DNA of 64,000 nt from an uncultured Actinomycetes bacterium. GTDB taxonomy: Bacteria; Actinomycetota; UBA4738; HRBIN12. Positions 10,634 to 19,755 of the stretch are shown here, one piece after another. Location of the stretch: the NCBI GenBank assembly GCA_963828885.1, contig CAWHGC010000002.1, forward strand, positions 83,474-147,473, read 5' to 3'. A program made the translations under genes and the position numbers. Within the stretch, counting starts at the first letter, position 1. Every line of letters starts with the position of its first letter. The notes below the pieces were generated by a model. The model was not told the DNA's origin. It saw nothing but the letters and a program-made list of their open reading frames with translations, and did no database searches.

Positions 10634-11449
10634 TCAATCGGGGTCGACCACACGCCCCAGCCGCCCGCGGACGAAGTCGCGGATCCCCATCCACCACCAC
10701 CGCAGCGAGCGGCGCTTCCCGGGCTCGAGCAGCACGATCGAGGCCAGCTTGCCGAGCGCGCCGCCGACCGCGCGAGCGACGCCCTTCACCGTTCGCCGGC
10801 GGATCCGCAGGCGGTACTCGAGCGTGTTGCGGACCTCGTAGTAGAGCTGCCAGTTCCGCGCCTGCCCGCGCCGGCGCGCGCCCGGGTTCAGGTGCATGAC
10901 CTCGGCGGCGGGCACGTGCGTGCGGCGGTGGCCGGCCTCGCGCAGGCGCGCGACGTACTCGGTGTCCTCGGCCCAGAAGAACAGGTCGGCGCGGGGCACG
11001 CCGACCTCGCGGACGACGGCGGCGTCGAACAGCGGGCCGTTCCAGCTCGGCGGGAAGCCGCGCACGCCTCCGGGCTTGCGCTGCAGCGGCACCGCGACTG
11101 CGGCGCCGGCGGACCACGCAACCACCAGCTGCTCGAGACACCCGGGCTCCGGCACCACGTCGTCGTCGACGGTCCAGATCGCGTCGGCGTCGCGTGCCAG
11201 CGCCTGCGTGAACCCGAGCGCGTACCCGCCGGCGGGCCCGAGGTTCTCGCCCGCCTCCACGATCTCGACGCCGGGCCGATCGGCGCCGAGGACCTCTCGC
11301 GCCATGCCGCCGTTGTCGATCACGAGCGTGCGGTCGGGCGGTCGCGTCTGCCCTTCGATCGCGTCGACGCACCGTTCGAGCAGCTCCCGGCGCCGATACG
11401 TGACGACGACCGCCACCACGCGCCGCGCGTCTGGCCGCTCCGGTCCCAT
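10634..11449 (-). CDS. Glycosyltransferase family 2 (rhamnosyl/galactofuranosyl transferase-like)
   Basis: VAVVVTYRR, IDNG, ENLGPAGGY, IWTVDDD, FFWAEDTEY. Confidence 0.88.
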   Translation of the reverse strand: MGPERPDARRVVAVVVTYRRRELLERCVDAIEGQTRPPDRTLVIDNGGMAREVLGADRPGVEIVEAGENLGPAGGYALGFTQALARDADAIWTVDDDVVPEPGCLEQLVVAWSAGAAVAVPLQRKPGGVRGFPPSWNGPLFDAAVVREVGVPRADLFFWAEDTEYVARLREAGHRRTHVPAAEVMHLNPGARRRGQARNWQLYYEVRNTLEYRLRIRRRTVKGVARAVGGALGKLASIVLLEPGKRRSLRWWWMGIRDFVRGRLGRVVDPD

Positions 11450-11476
11450 CGGGGCCCGAGCCTATACTCCGCCTCG

Positions 11477-12901
11477 ATGCCGGACCGGCCGAACCTCCTC
11501 GTCGTCGTCCTGGACACCGCTCGCGCCGATCACCTCCCGCCGCACCGCACCGACCTCGCGCCGCGCCTCGCTCGCGAGGCCGCCCGCGGCCTCGCGCTCG
11601 ACACGTTCCGGTCCACCGCGCCGTGGACGCTGCCGAGCCACGCCTCGCTGTTCACCGGCGCGTACCCGACCGAGCACGGGATCCACGGGCGCGCGGCCGT
11701 GCGGCGGGACGCGCGCGTCGCGACCGTGCGCGCCGCCGTCGAACGCCAGGACGAGCGGTGGCTGCCCGAGGCCCTGCGACGCGCCGGTTACCGCACCTGG
11801 GGCGTGAGCGCGAACCCGTGGGTGTCCGAGCCGATGGGCCTCGCGTACGGCTTCGCGACGTTCGTGCCGGTCGGTGCCGCGAAGCTCCGGCCCCGGGGGA
11901 CGGACGCCGGCACGTCGAAGCGGCCGTCGGACCGGATCCCGGACGTCGTCCGCCGCCCGCTCGGCCGTGCGGCGCGCCACTGGGTCGAGTGGCGGCGCGG
12001 CATCGATGCCGGCGGGGCACGCGGCGTCGACCACGCGCGGCGGCTCATGGGCGAGCGTTCCGACGTCCCGTTCTTCGGCTTCGTGAACCTGATGGAGGCG
12101 CACGTGCCGTACGCGCCGCCGCCCGCACACTCCGAGCTGCACGGCCTGGCGGGGCTGCGCGCGCCCGCGGTGAGCCGGAAGCGCCGGAGCTACCAGCACA
12201 CGCTGAGCTACAACCTCGGGCGCGACATGTTCTCGCCGGCCGAGCTCGAGACGATCCGCGCGCTGTACCGAGGCGAGATCCGCTACCTCGACGCGCTGGT
12301 CGGGCGCCTGCTCGACGCGGTGCCGGCCAACACGATCGTCGCCGTCACGGCCGATCACGGCGAGGCGCTCGGCGAGCATCATCAGCTCGACCACCAGGTC
12401 ACGATGATCGAACAGGTCCTGCGCATCCCGCTGCTCGTCCTCGGCGACGCACCGGCGACCGGCGGTCTCACGACGATCCGCGATCTCACCGGATGGCTCG
12501 CCACGGCGGCAGGGCTGGACCCCGGGCCGTGGGACGAGCGGCGCCGCGTGCCGGCCGGCGTCGCCGTCGCCGAGTACGAATCGACGGTGGCGCACGACCG
12601 GCGCAGCGTCGGCGTCGCCCGCACCGGTGGCTTCGCGCCCGAACAGGTCGCGCTGCTCGAGGCCGAGATGGCGGCCGTCACCGACGCGGATCGCAAGCTC
12701 CTGCGCATCGCCGGCGTCGACACGTTGCTCGACGCCGACACCGACGAGCCGGTCGAGGACGACCCGGCGACGCGCGAACGACTCGCCGCGCACCTCGTCA
12801 CCGCACGCGCGACCGTCGCCCCGGAGCCACCGCACGAGGGCTACTCCGCACAGGAAGGGTCGGAGATCGAAACACGCCTTGAGCAGCTGGGCTACCTGTA
12901 G
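11477..12901 (+). CDS. Sulfatase-like hydrolase/transferase with a TxPSH active-site motif
   Basis: PNLLVVVLDTARADH, STAPWTLPSHASLFTG, NLMEAHVPY, TADHGE, RLEQLGYL*. Confidence 0.88.
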   Translation: MPDRPNLLVVVLDTARADHLPPHRTDLAPRLAREAARGLALDTFRSTAPWTLPSHASLFTGAYPTEHGIHGRAAVRRDARVATVRAAVERQDERWLPEALRRAGYRTWGVSANPWVSEPMGLAYGFATFVPVGAAKLRPRGTDAGTSKRPSDRIPDVVRRPLGRAARHWVEWRRGIDAGGARGVDHARRLMGERSDVPFFGFVNLMEAHVPYAPPPAHSELHGLAGLRAPAVSRKRRSYQHTLSYNLGRDMFSPAELETIRALYRGEIRYLDALVGRLLDAVPANTIVAVTADHGEALGEHHQLDHQVTMIEQVLRIPLLVLGDAPATGGLTTIRDLTGWLATAAGLDPGPWDERRRVPAGVAVAEYESTVAHDRRSVGVARTGGFAPEQVALLEAEMAAVTDADRKLLRIAGVDTLLDADTDEPVEDDPATRERLAAHLVTARATVAPEPPHEGYSAQEGSEIETRLEQLGYL

Positions 12902-12912
12902 ACTCGCCCGCG

Positions 12913-14055
12913 ATGGACCCCTCCCCGCCCCGCGACCCGTCCTCCGGCGCGGCCGGTACCACCCCCGGGGAGGCCGCCCCGGACTTCGAGCAGGAACGCC
13001 GATGGGTGAAGCGCGCGAACCGCGACGCCGGCGGGTTCGTCGGCATCGAGGACGACGCGATGTCCGCGCCTGGCGAGGCCGAGCAGCTGATCGAGCAGGA
13101 GCGGCTGCACCGCGTGATCCCGCGCGTGAAGCCGCGAACCACCGAGGAGCTCGACGTCGAGCCCCCGCCGAAGCAGCGGTACCCGGTCGAGCTTCGGCGC
13201 GCCCTGCGCGAGCTGTGGTCGACCCGCGAGGTCCTGCTTACGTTCGTCGAGCGCGACCTGCGCGTGCGCTACAAGCAGGCGGCCCTCGGCGCCTTCTGGG
13301 CGATCGTGCAGCCGATCATGCTGATGGTGATCTTCACCGTCGTGTTCGGGAAGATCGCGAAGGTCGGCTCGGAGGGGCTGCCGTACCCGGTGTTCGCGTA
13401 CGCGGCGCTGGTGCCGTGGTCGCTGTTCACCAGCTCGGTCAACTACGCGACCTCGTCGATCATCGGCAACTCGGCCATCGTGCGGAAGATCTACATGCCG
13501 CGGGAGATCTTCGCGCTGTCCGGCATCGCCTCGAGCGGCGTCGACTTCCTCATCTCGTTCGTGATCCTGGTGGGGCTGCTGGTCTTCTACCGCGTCACTG
13601 CGGAGAACTGTCCGAACTGCCTGCCGGGGCTGACGTGGCTCGCGCTGCCGCTCCTGCTGGGAGTGCTGCTGATGCTGACGGTCGCGGTCTCGCTGGTCGC
13701 CGCCGCCGTCACCGTGTACTACCGCGACACGCGCTACGGCATCCCGATGCTGATGCAGATCCTGCTGTACGCGACGCCGGTCGCGTATCCGATCAGCAAG
13801 TTGATCGGCCCGTGCGAGCAGGTGGCCGGCCTCACGGAGCCGCAGTGCGGCGTCTTGCACGGCTTCTGGGCCGATGCGTACCAGTACCTGAACCCGCTGG
13901 CGCCCATCATGAACGGCTTCCGTCGCGTGCTGACACAGGGCCTGTGGCCCGAATGGGCTCCCTTCGGCTCGGCCGCAGCCGTCTCCTTCGTCGCGATGTG
14001 CCTCGCCTACGCCTGGTACAAGCGGATCGACCGCACCTTCGCGGACGTGATCTAG
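12913..14055 (+). CDS. wzm: Polysaccharide ABC transporter permease (Wzm-like)
   Basis: RDLRVRYKQAALGAFWAIVQP, KIYMPRE, YRD, YATPVAYP, LNP, FADVI*. Confidence 0.9.
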   Translation: MDPSPPRDPSSGAAGTTPGEAAPDFEQERRWVKRANRDAGGFVGIEDDAMSAPGEAEQLIEQERLHRVIPRVKPRTTEELDVEPPPKQRYPVELRRALRELWSTREVLLTFVERDLRVRYKQAALGAFWAIVQPIMLMVIFTVVFGKIAKVGSEGLPYPVFAYAALVPWSLFTSSVNYATSSIIGNSAIVRKIYMPREIFALSGIASSGVDFLISFVILVGLLVFYRVTAENCPNCLPGLTWLALPLLLGVLLMLTVAVSLVAAAVTVYYRDTRYGIPMLMQILLYATPVAYPISKLIGPCEQVAGLTEPQCGVLHGFWADAYQYLNPLAPIMNGFRRVLTQGLWPEWAPFGSAAAVSFVAMCLAYAWYKRIDRTFADVI

Positions 14056-14874
14056 ATGAGCGCGAACGGCGAACGCGCGATGGTGGAGCTCGATCACGTG
14101 TGGAAGCGGTTCAAGCTGGGCGAGCGCCGCAAGGGCGTCACGAAGAAGCGCACGCTGCAGGGACAGCTGAGCGCGGCGATGGAGCGGAGCGGCCTGAAGG
14201 GAGGCGACGGCGGCGGCTCGATCGCGAACATCTGGGCGCTGGCCGACGTGAGCATCCGCGTGCACGAAAGCGAGGCCGTCGGCATCATCGGCCCGAACGG
14301 GAGCGGCAAGTCCACGGCGCTGAAGCTGATTTCGCGCATCACCGACCCCTGGTCGGGCACCGTTCGCACCCGAGGTCGCATCGGCTCGCTGATCGAGATC
14401 AAGAGCGGCATCCACCCCGAGCTCACCGGTCGCGAGAACATCTACCTGTACGGGACGATCCTCGGGCTCTCGCGGAGGGACGTCCGTGCGAAGTTCGATG
14501 AGATCGTGGACTTCGCCGAGCTCGGCCGCTTCATCGACACGCCCGTGAAGCGCTACTCGAGCGGCATGGAGGTGCGGCTGGGCTTCAGCGTCGCCGTGCA
14601 CCTGGAGCCCGACGTCCTGCTGATCGACGAGGTCCTGTCGGTCGGCGACGAGGCCTTCCAGCGCCGCTGCCTCGCGCGGATGGACGAGCTCCGCGCCCGC
14701 GGTCAGACCCTCGTGTTCATCTCCCACATCCTGCCCGACGTGCAGCACCTGTGTCCTCGTGTGGTGTATCTCGAACGCGGCGTCGTGCGCATGGACGGCC
14801 CGGCCGAGCAGGTCATCGAGCAGTACGTGAGCGACGTGAACGCGCGGCAGGCCGAGCGCGGGGGAGCGCCCTAG
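14056..14874 (+). CDS. wzt: Polysaccharide ABC transporter ATP-binding protein (Wzt-like, no C-terminal carbohydrate-binding domain)
   Basis: GPNGSGKST, HPELTGRENI, YSSGMEVRLGF, LLIDEVLSVGD; 272 aa. Confidence 0.92.
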   Translation: MSANGERAMVELDHVWKRFKLGERRKGVTKKRTLQGQLSAAMERSGLKGGDGGGSIANIWALADVSIRVHESEAVGIIGPNGSGKSTALKLISRITDPWSGTVRTRGRIGSLIEIKSGIHPELTGRENIYLYGTILGLSRRDVRAKFDEIVDFAELGRFIDTPVKRYSSGMEVRLGFSVAVHLEPDVLLIDEVLSVGDEAFQRRCLARMDELRARGQTLVFISHILPDVQHLCPRVVYLERGVVRMDGPAEQVIEQYVSDVNARQAERGGAP

Positions 14875-15587
14875 TCGGGCACGGCCTCGAGAAACAGGAA
14901 TGTCGGCCCGTCGGACCACGCCGGATCGTTCGAGGGATGGAGCGCAACCATCTCAGGATCGGGCAGCGGTTCCCGGTAGCGCCGGATCAGGAAGCCTGCT
15001 TCCTCGAGCGCACGCATGATCTCCTCCATCGTGCGCCGGCGGAATCGGAGCGTGGCGCCGAACGACTCCCAATGGTCTTCCACGATGCCGGTCTCGTAAT
15101 AGCTGGCCAGCGCGAACCACTGCCAGTCGATGAACGGGTGGTGGGTGGAGAGCACGAGCGATCCGTCCGGGGTCAGCACGCGGCGGAACTCGCGCAGGGT
15201 CGGGCCGAGCTCGTCGAGGTAGTGGATCGTGAGCGAGCACACGACGACGTCGATCGAGCCGTCGTCGAGGAAGTCCAGCGGCTCGCGGAGGTCGCGCACG
15301 CGGGCCTCGCCGCGGCCGGCCAACCGTTCTTGCGTCCGCTCGACCATCCTCGCACTGATGTCGACGGCCGTGACGACGGCGCCGTGGTCCGCCAGCCACT
15401 CGCTGTGGTGGCCGGCGGCGCAGCCGGCATCGAGCACGCGCTTCCCAGCCACGTCCGGCAGGAGCGAGCGCAGCACGGGACGTTCGAAGTGCTCGTTCGC
15501 GAGGTTGTCGCCGGTGATCGACTCGTACACGGACGCGATGCGGTCGTACTCGTCCCGCGCCGCGGCGCTCAGGTCGTCCTCGTTCAC
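14871..15587 (-). CDS. Class I SAM-dependent methyltransferase
   Basis: ERPVLRSLLP..VLDAGCAAG, AVDIS, SLTIHY, STHHPF. Confidence 0.85.
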   Translation of the reverse strand: MNEDDLSAAARDEYDRIASVYESITGDNLANEHFERPVLRSLLPDVAGKRVLDAGCAAGHHSEWLADHGAVVTAVDISARMVERTQERLAGRGEARVRDLREPLDFLDDGSIDVVVCSLTIHYLDELGPTLREFRRVLTPDGSLVLSTHHPFIDWQWFALASYYETGIVEDHWESFGATLRFRRRTMEEIMRALEEAGFLIRRYREPLPDPEMVALHPSNDPAWSDGPTFLFLEAVPD

Positions 15588-16429
15588 GTTGGCTCCTCGA
15601 TGGTGCGGGTCGATCGGCCGACCGCCGTCACGGCGTGTCCGAACGTCTTGGGGTCGGGGCGCGCGAGGAACGACCTCGCGTAGGCGCGGCGGGCCATCGC
15701 GCGGTCGCCGTACGTCGCCGCCATCAATCCGATCCGCTTCCAGGCGAACGCGCGGGCACGGCGGTGCGTGGCGAAGTAGTCCGCGTGTTCGCGCAGCAGC
15801 AGCTCGCGGGAGCGCACCCGGCTGGCGAGTCCCGTTCGCGTGCGCTCGCCCTCGTGCCGGCGCACCAGGTAGCCGATGCGCCGGACGGTCGTGACGGTGA
15901 CGCCGTCGGCCTGCGCGAGGCGCAGCCACCACTCGATGTCCTCGGCCGCGTCGAACCGTTCGTCGAAGGCGGGGGCGAGCTCGCGGCGGAGCGCCGTGCG
16001 GCCCAGGTGCGGCGCCATGTCGTCGAGGATCGTGTCGGCGACGTCGCCCTCGACGGCGACCGGCCGGCCGGCCGGCATGTCGAGGTACCGGTTGAAGCAG
16101 CACGCGACCGGCGCCCGCTCGAGGCCCTCGACCGCCAGGTGCAGCCGCTGCGGCGCGAACAGGTCGTCGTCGTCGCAGAACGCGAGGTAGGTGCCCGTCG
16201 CCACCGACATCCCCGTGTTGCGGGCGGCCGCCGGGCCGCCGTTCGTGCTGCGCCGCAGCAGCCGGACCCGCGCATCCTCCACCGGGAGCTCGACCGGCTC
16301 GGGGGAGGCGTCGTCGACGACGATCACCTCGAAGTCCTCGACGGACTGCTGCAGGATCGACGCGAGGCACTCGCCCAGGAACTCGGGCCGGCCGTACGTC
16401 GGCACCACGATGCTGAACAGCGGCGTCAT
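15584..16429 (-). CDS. Glycosyltransferase family 2
   Basis: FSIVVPTYGR, VVDDAS, GPAAARNTG, AFCDDDD, AEDIEW. Confidence 0.9.
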   Translation of the reverse strand: MTPLFSIVVPTYGRPEFLGECLASILQQSVEDFEVIVVDDASPEPVELPVEDARVRLLRRSTNGGPAAARNTGMSVATGTYLAFCDDDDLFAPQRLHLAVEGLERAPVACCFNRYLDMPAGRPVAVEGDVADTILDDMAPHLGRTALRRELAPAFDERFDAAEDIEWWLRLAQADGVTVTTVRRIGYLVRRHEGERTRTGLASRVRSRELLLREHADYFATHRRARAFAWKRIGLMAATYGDRAMARRAYARSFLARPDPKTFGHAVTAVGRSTRTIEEPT

Positions 16430-17340
16430 CGGCGCACGACCGTGCGCGCCGTCCGCCGCCCCGACCTCGTCACGGCCGACCGCGCGCGCGAAGCCACCGC
16501 GCGCCCGCGCGCGACGAGCGGCACCTTCGGGAACCGGCGTTCGTACCCGAGCTCGGACAGCAGGTCGCCGGCGACCGCCTCGACGAGCGCGATGTCTGCA
16601 TCGGGCATGTCACGCCGCCAGTCGCGCAGCCCCGGCGTCACCGGCCACTCGAGGTTCGCGTGGTGGGGGCGCTCGCCCTCGGGCAGCAGCATCGCGCCGT
16701 CCTCGGGGTGCAGCATCTCGTCGACGAACTCGAGCTCGAGGAACGCGCACACGGAGCGGAGCGTCGCCGCCGGCTCGGCGACCAGCGACTCGTAGCGGAT
16801 CTGGAGGTGGCGCTCGGGTCCGAGGCGTGCTCCGGAGGCCCGCCCCGCCGTCACCCGCCGCTGCCAGACCTCGGCCGCCCTCGCGAGGCGGTCCGGCCCG
16901 AACGACGTCTGCACGAGCGAGCGGGCCACGTCCCTGCCGTCGCGGATCACGTGCACGAACCGCGTCTCGGGGAACAGCCCCGCCAGCAGCTCCATGTGCA
17001 GCACGAACGGTGGCGTCTTGTCGCCGTACCGATCGGCGCCGTGCGACGCCGCGTACGCCACGTACACCGACCGCACGGCATCGGCGTAGTCGGCGGAGCC
17101 GGAGAGGTCGGGCACCGGCATACCCCACTCCCGGAAGCGAACGTTGGCGCCCAGGTCGCTCGCGAACGCCGCCGGATCGAAGGCGCCGCGCCAGTGCCGG
17201 CGGTGCAGGGAGACGGGGAAGTAGGACTCGGGCGGGATCGCGATCTGTCCGCCGCGTTCGAGCATCGCGCGGAGCAGCGTGGTGCCGGAGCGTCCGCACG
17301 CGACGATGAACGGGAAGGGCCGAAGGTCGCCGCTGGTCAT
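16426..17340 (-). CDS. PAPS-dependent sulfotransferase
   Basis: FIVACGRSGTTLLRAML, PPESYF, YGDKTP, HVIRDGRDVARS, IRYESLV. Confidence 0.9.
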   Translation of the reverse strand: MTSGDLRPFPFIVACGRSGTTLLRAMLERGGQIAIPPESYFPVSLHRRHWRGAFDPAAFASDLGANVRFREWGMPVPDLSGSADYADAVRSVYVAYAASHGADRYGDKTPPFVLHMELLAGLFPETRFVHVIRDGRDVARSLVQTSFGPDRLARAAEVWQRRVTAGRASGARLGPERHLQIRYESLVAEPAATLRSVCAFLELEFVDEMLHPEDGAMLLPEGERPHHANLEWPVTPGLRDWRRDMPDADIALVEAVAGDLLSELGYERRFPKVPLVARGRAVASRARSAVTRSGRRTARTVVRR

Positions 17341-17386
17341 CGTGCCGAACGCTAGCAGCCGAGGCCGCTGCTACAGTCGCGCCGCC

Positions 17387-18519
17387 GTGGCCCATCGCGT
17401 CCTCTACCTCGTCGATTCGCTGGGGACCGGCGGCGCCGAGCGGGGCCTGACACTCACGATCCGGCATCTGGACCGCGCGAAGATCGAGCCCGAGGTCGCG
17501 TACCTGTGGGAGCCCTCGCCGCTCCGTGCGGACCTCGAGGCCGCCGGCGCCCGTGTGCATCGGATCGGCGTGCGTCCCGGGCCCGGCGCGTTCCTCGCGA
17601 TCCCGCGGATCCGGAAGCTCCTCCGAGCGGGCGGCTTCGATGCGATCCACACACAGGTGCTGTGGTCCTCGATCACCGGTCGGATCGCGGGACGGCTGGC
17701 CGGCGTGAAGGTGATCTCCCACATCGCGAACGTGGAGACCGGCGGCTTCCGCGACCGCGAGCTCCCGCCCGGCACCGCCCGCAAGGCGCGGCTCCTCGCG
17801 AAGCTCGACGGGTGGACCGGCAGCCGGTTCGTCGACCGGTTCGTCGCGATCAGCGAGGCCGTGCGGGACGACCCGATCCGCGGGGCCGGCTGGGACCGCT
17901 CGAGGATCGACGTCGTGCTTCGTGGCCAGGAGCTCGACCGGCTGCGGGAGCTCGCCGCCGAGCCGGTCTCGCCGCCGCTGGACCTGCCCGGGTCGCCGGC
18001 GCTCCTGTGCGTCGGCCGGCTCGCCGAACAGAAGGGCCACCGGTTCCTGCTCGAGGCCATGCCGGCGATCCTCGCTGAGCACCCGGATGCCCATCTGCTC
18101 CTGGCCGGCGACGGTCACCTTCTCCATGAACTGCAGGAGCAAGCCCGGCCGTTCGGCGACCGTGTCTCGTTCCTCGGCGTCCGCGAGGACATCCCGGCGC
18201 TGATGGCCGCGGCGGACCTGTTCGTGTTCCCGTCGCTCTGGGAGGGGCAGGGCAACGCGCTCCTCGAGGCCATGGCCGTCGGCGTTCCGATCGTCGCCAC
18301 CGACATCCCGTCCACCCGGGAGACGGTCAGGAACGGTGAGCACGCGATGCTGGTCCCGCCAGGCGACGCCGCTGCGCTGGCCGCAGCGGTCAACCGGTTC
18401 CTCGCGGACCCCGTGCCGGCCGCCCGGCTGGCGGACGCCGCCCGGTGCGCGCGCAGGACTACGACATCGAGCGAACGACCCGCGACCTCGAGGCCGTCTA
18501 CACGCGCGTCTTTGACTGA
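17387..18519 (+). CDS. Glycosyltransferase family 4 (frameshift near 18445)
   Basis: VLYLVDSLGTGGAE, VGRLAEQKGH, FPSLWEGQGNALLEAMAVGVPIV. Confidence 0.9.
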
Positions 18520-18570
18520 ATCGTCGACCTGCAGCTTGTTCCGGTCCGACCGGTGCGCCAAGGTACTCAC

Positions 18571-18876
18571 GTGCTGCTGCAGACCACGACCTCCTACCAG
18601 CTCGATCCGGCCGTCTTCCTGATCGCGGCCGGCCTCGGCCTCGTGGTCGGACTGATCGCTCGCAGCAAAGGTCGCAGCTTCATCGGGTGGTGGTTCTTCG
18701 GCTTCATGTTGTTCATCGTCGCGATCATCGTGATCCTGGTGCTGCCGGCGAAGAACCGATCCACCGCTCTGGGTCCGTCGGACTGGCAGCCGGCGGTTCC
18801 ACCCGGCACGATCCCGCCCCCGCCGCCGGGCGGCCCGTCGCAGGGATCACAGCCGCTTCCGCCGCCGCCGCCCTAG
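18571..18876 (+). CDS. Small two-TM membrane protein with a Pro-rich tail
   Basis: IARSKGRSFIGWWFFGFMLFIVAIIVILVLP, followed by poly-Pro. Confidence 0.65.
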   Translation: MLLQTTTSYQLDPAVFLIAAGLGLVVGLIARSKGRSFIGWWFFGFMLFIVAIIVILVLPAKNRSTALGPSDWQPAVPPGTIPPPPPGGPSQGSQPLPPPPP

Positions 18877-19667
18877 CCGCCGATCGGGGCGCCGTCGGCG
18901 CCGATGTGCAGCGGCCCGTACTGACCCTTCGCGATGTACCAATCATCCGCATAGGTGGTGACGTCGCCGAACGTGTTCGTGACACCGCCCACCTTCTGCC
19001 GGGGGTTCGCCCTGTTCCGACCGCCACTCGTCGTGAGCGCGACCTCGAGGGTCGCGACCTCCTGGTCGTCGGGGCCGTACACCCACAGCCGGGTCGGCAC
19101 GGACTCGCCGTAGCTCATCTCGACGACGACGTCGAACCACTGGTCCACCGGCGCGCGCCAGGTCGTCCGGGGTTCCTCGGGTCCCTTGAACTCCCCGAGC
19201 GAGAGCGTCCGGTCGGCCGTGTAGATCCGCAGCTCGATCGGGTTCAGCGGCTGCGTGCCGTCGCCGGGGGAGAGCTGCATCAGCTCGATGAATGGCTTCT
19301 GCGCGCTCGGCAGGGCCGGGACGCGGAAGGCGCATCCGACGAAGGCGTGTCCGCCCTCGACGGGCACGAGCCGGAGCGCGCCCTGGTGCGTCTCGCCGCC
19401 GCGGCCGATCGACAGGCAGCTCGGCCCGGTCCGGCAGTCGAACGACCCGGTCTCGACCGGCCCCTGGGTGCCGAACTCACACCCCGGACCCGGGTGGTGG
19501 TAGTTGCCGCACACCGGCCGCTCGAAGGACGTCGCCAGGTAGAACCCGCTCGGGTCGACGCTCGCGAGCGGATGCGAGCCGCCGCCGCCGTGACCGCGGT
19601 CGCCGCCCCCGCACGCCACGGCCACGACGGTGAGCACGACGAGGAGGCGATGCGTGCGCGCGGGCAT
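18873..19667 (-). CDS. Lipoprotein, possible beta-sandwich (lectin/polysaccharide lyase-like) domain
   Basis: Lipobox VVAVAC. Beta-rich segments (DQWFDVVVEM, TRLWV, TYADDWYI). The fold assignment is inference. Confidence 0.5.
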   Translation of the reverse strand: MPARTHRLLVVLTVVAVACGGGDRGHGGGGSHPLASVDPSGFYLATSFERPVCGNYHHPGPGCEFGTQGPVETGSFDCRTGPSCLSIGRGGETHQGALRLVPVEGGHAFVGCAFRVPALPSAQKPFIELMQLSPGDGTQPLNPIELRIYTADRTLSLGEFKGPEEPRTTWRAPVDQWFDVVVEMSYGESVPTRLWVYGPDDQEVATLEVALTTSGGRNRANPRQKVGGVTNTFGDVTTYADDWYIAKGQYGPLHIGADGAPIGG

Positions 19668-19755
19668 CTCCCGAGCCTACGTCGCCGCTCCTGCGCGGGT
19701 TCGCCCGAGGGCTGGGGTACCCTGGCTCCCTTCCCCGATCCCGGAGCGCCCGACC

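Noticed and set aside
214-12901. Very long ORFs in the track (214-2793, 3903-6227, 9998-12901) as multidomain proteins
   Set aside because: They are GC-rich read-throughs joining real genes to Arg/Ala/Pro-rich antisense shadows of opposite-strand genes.
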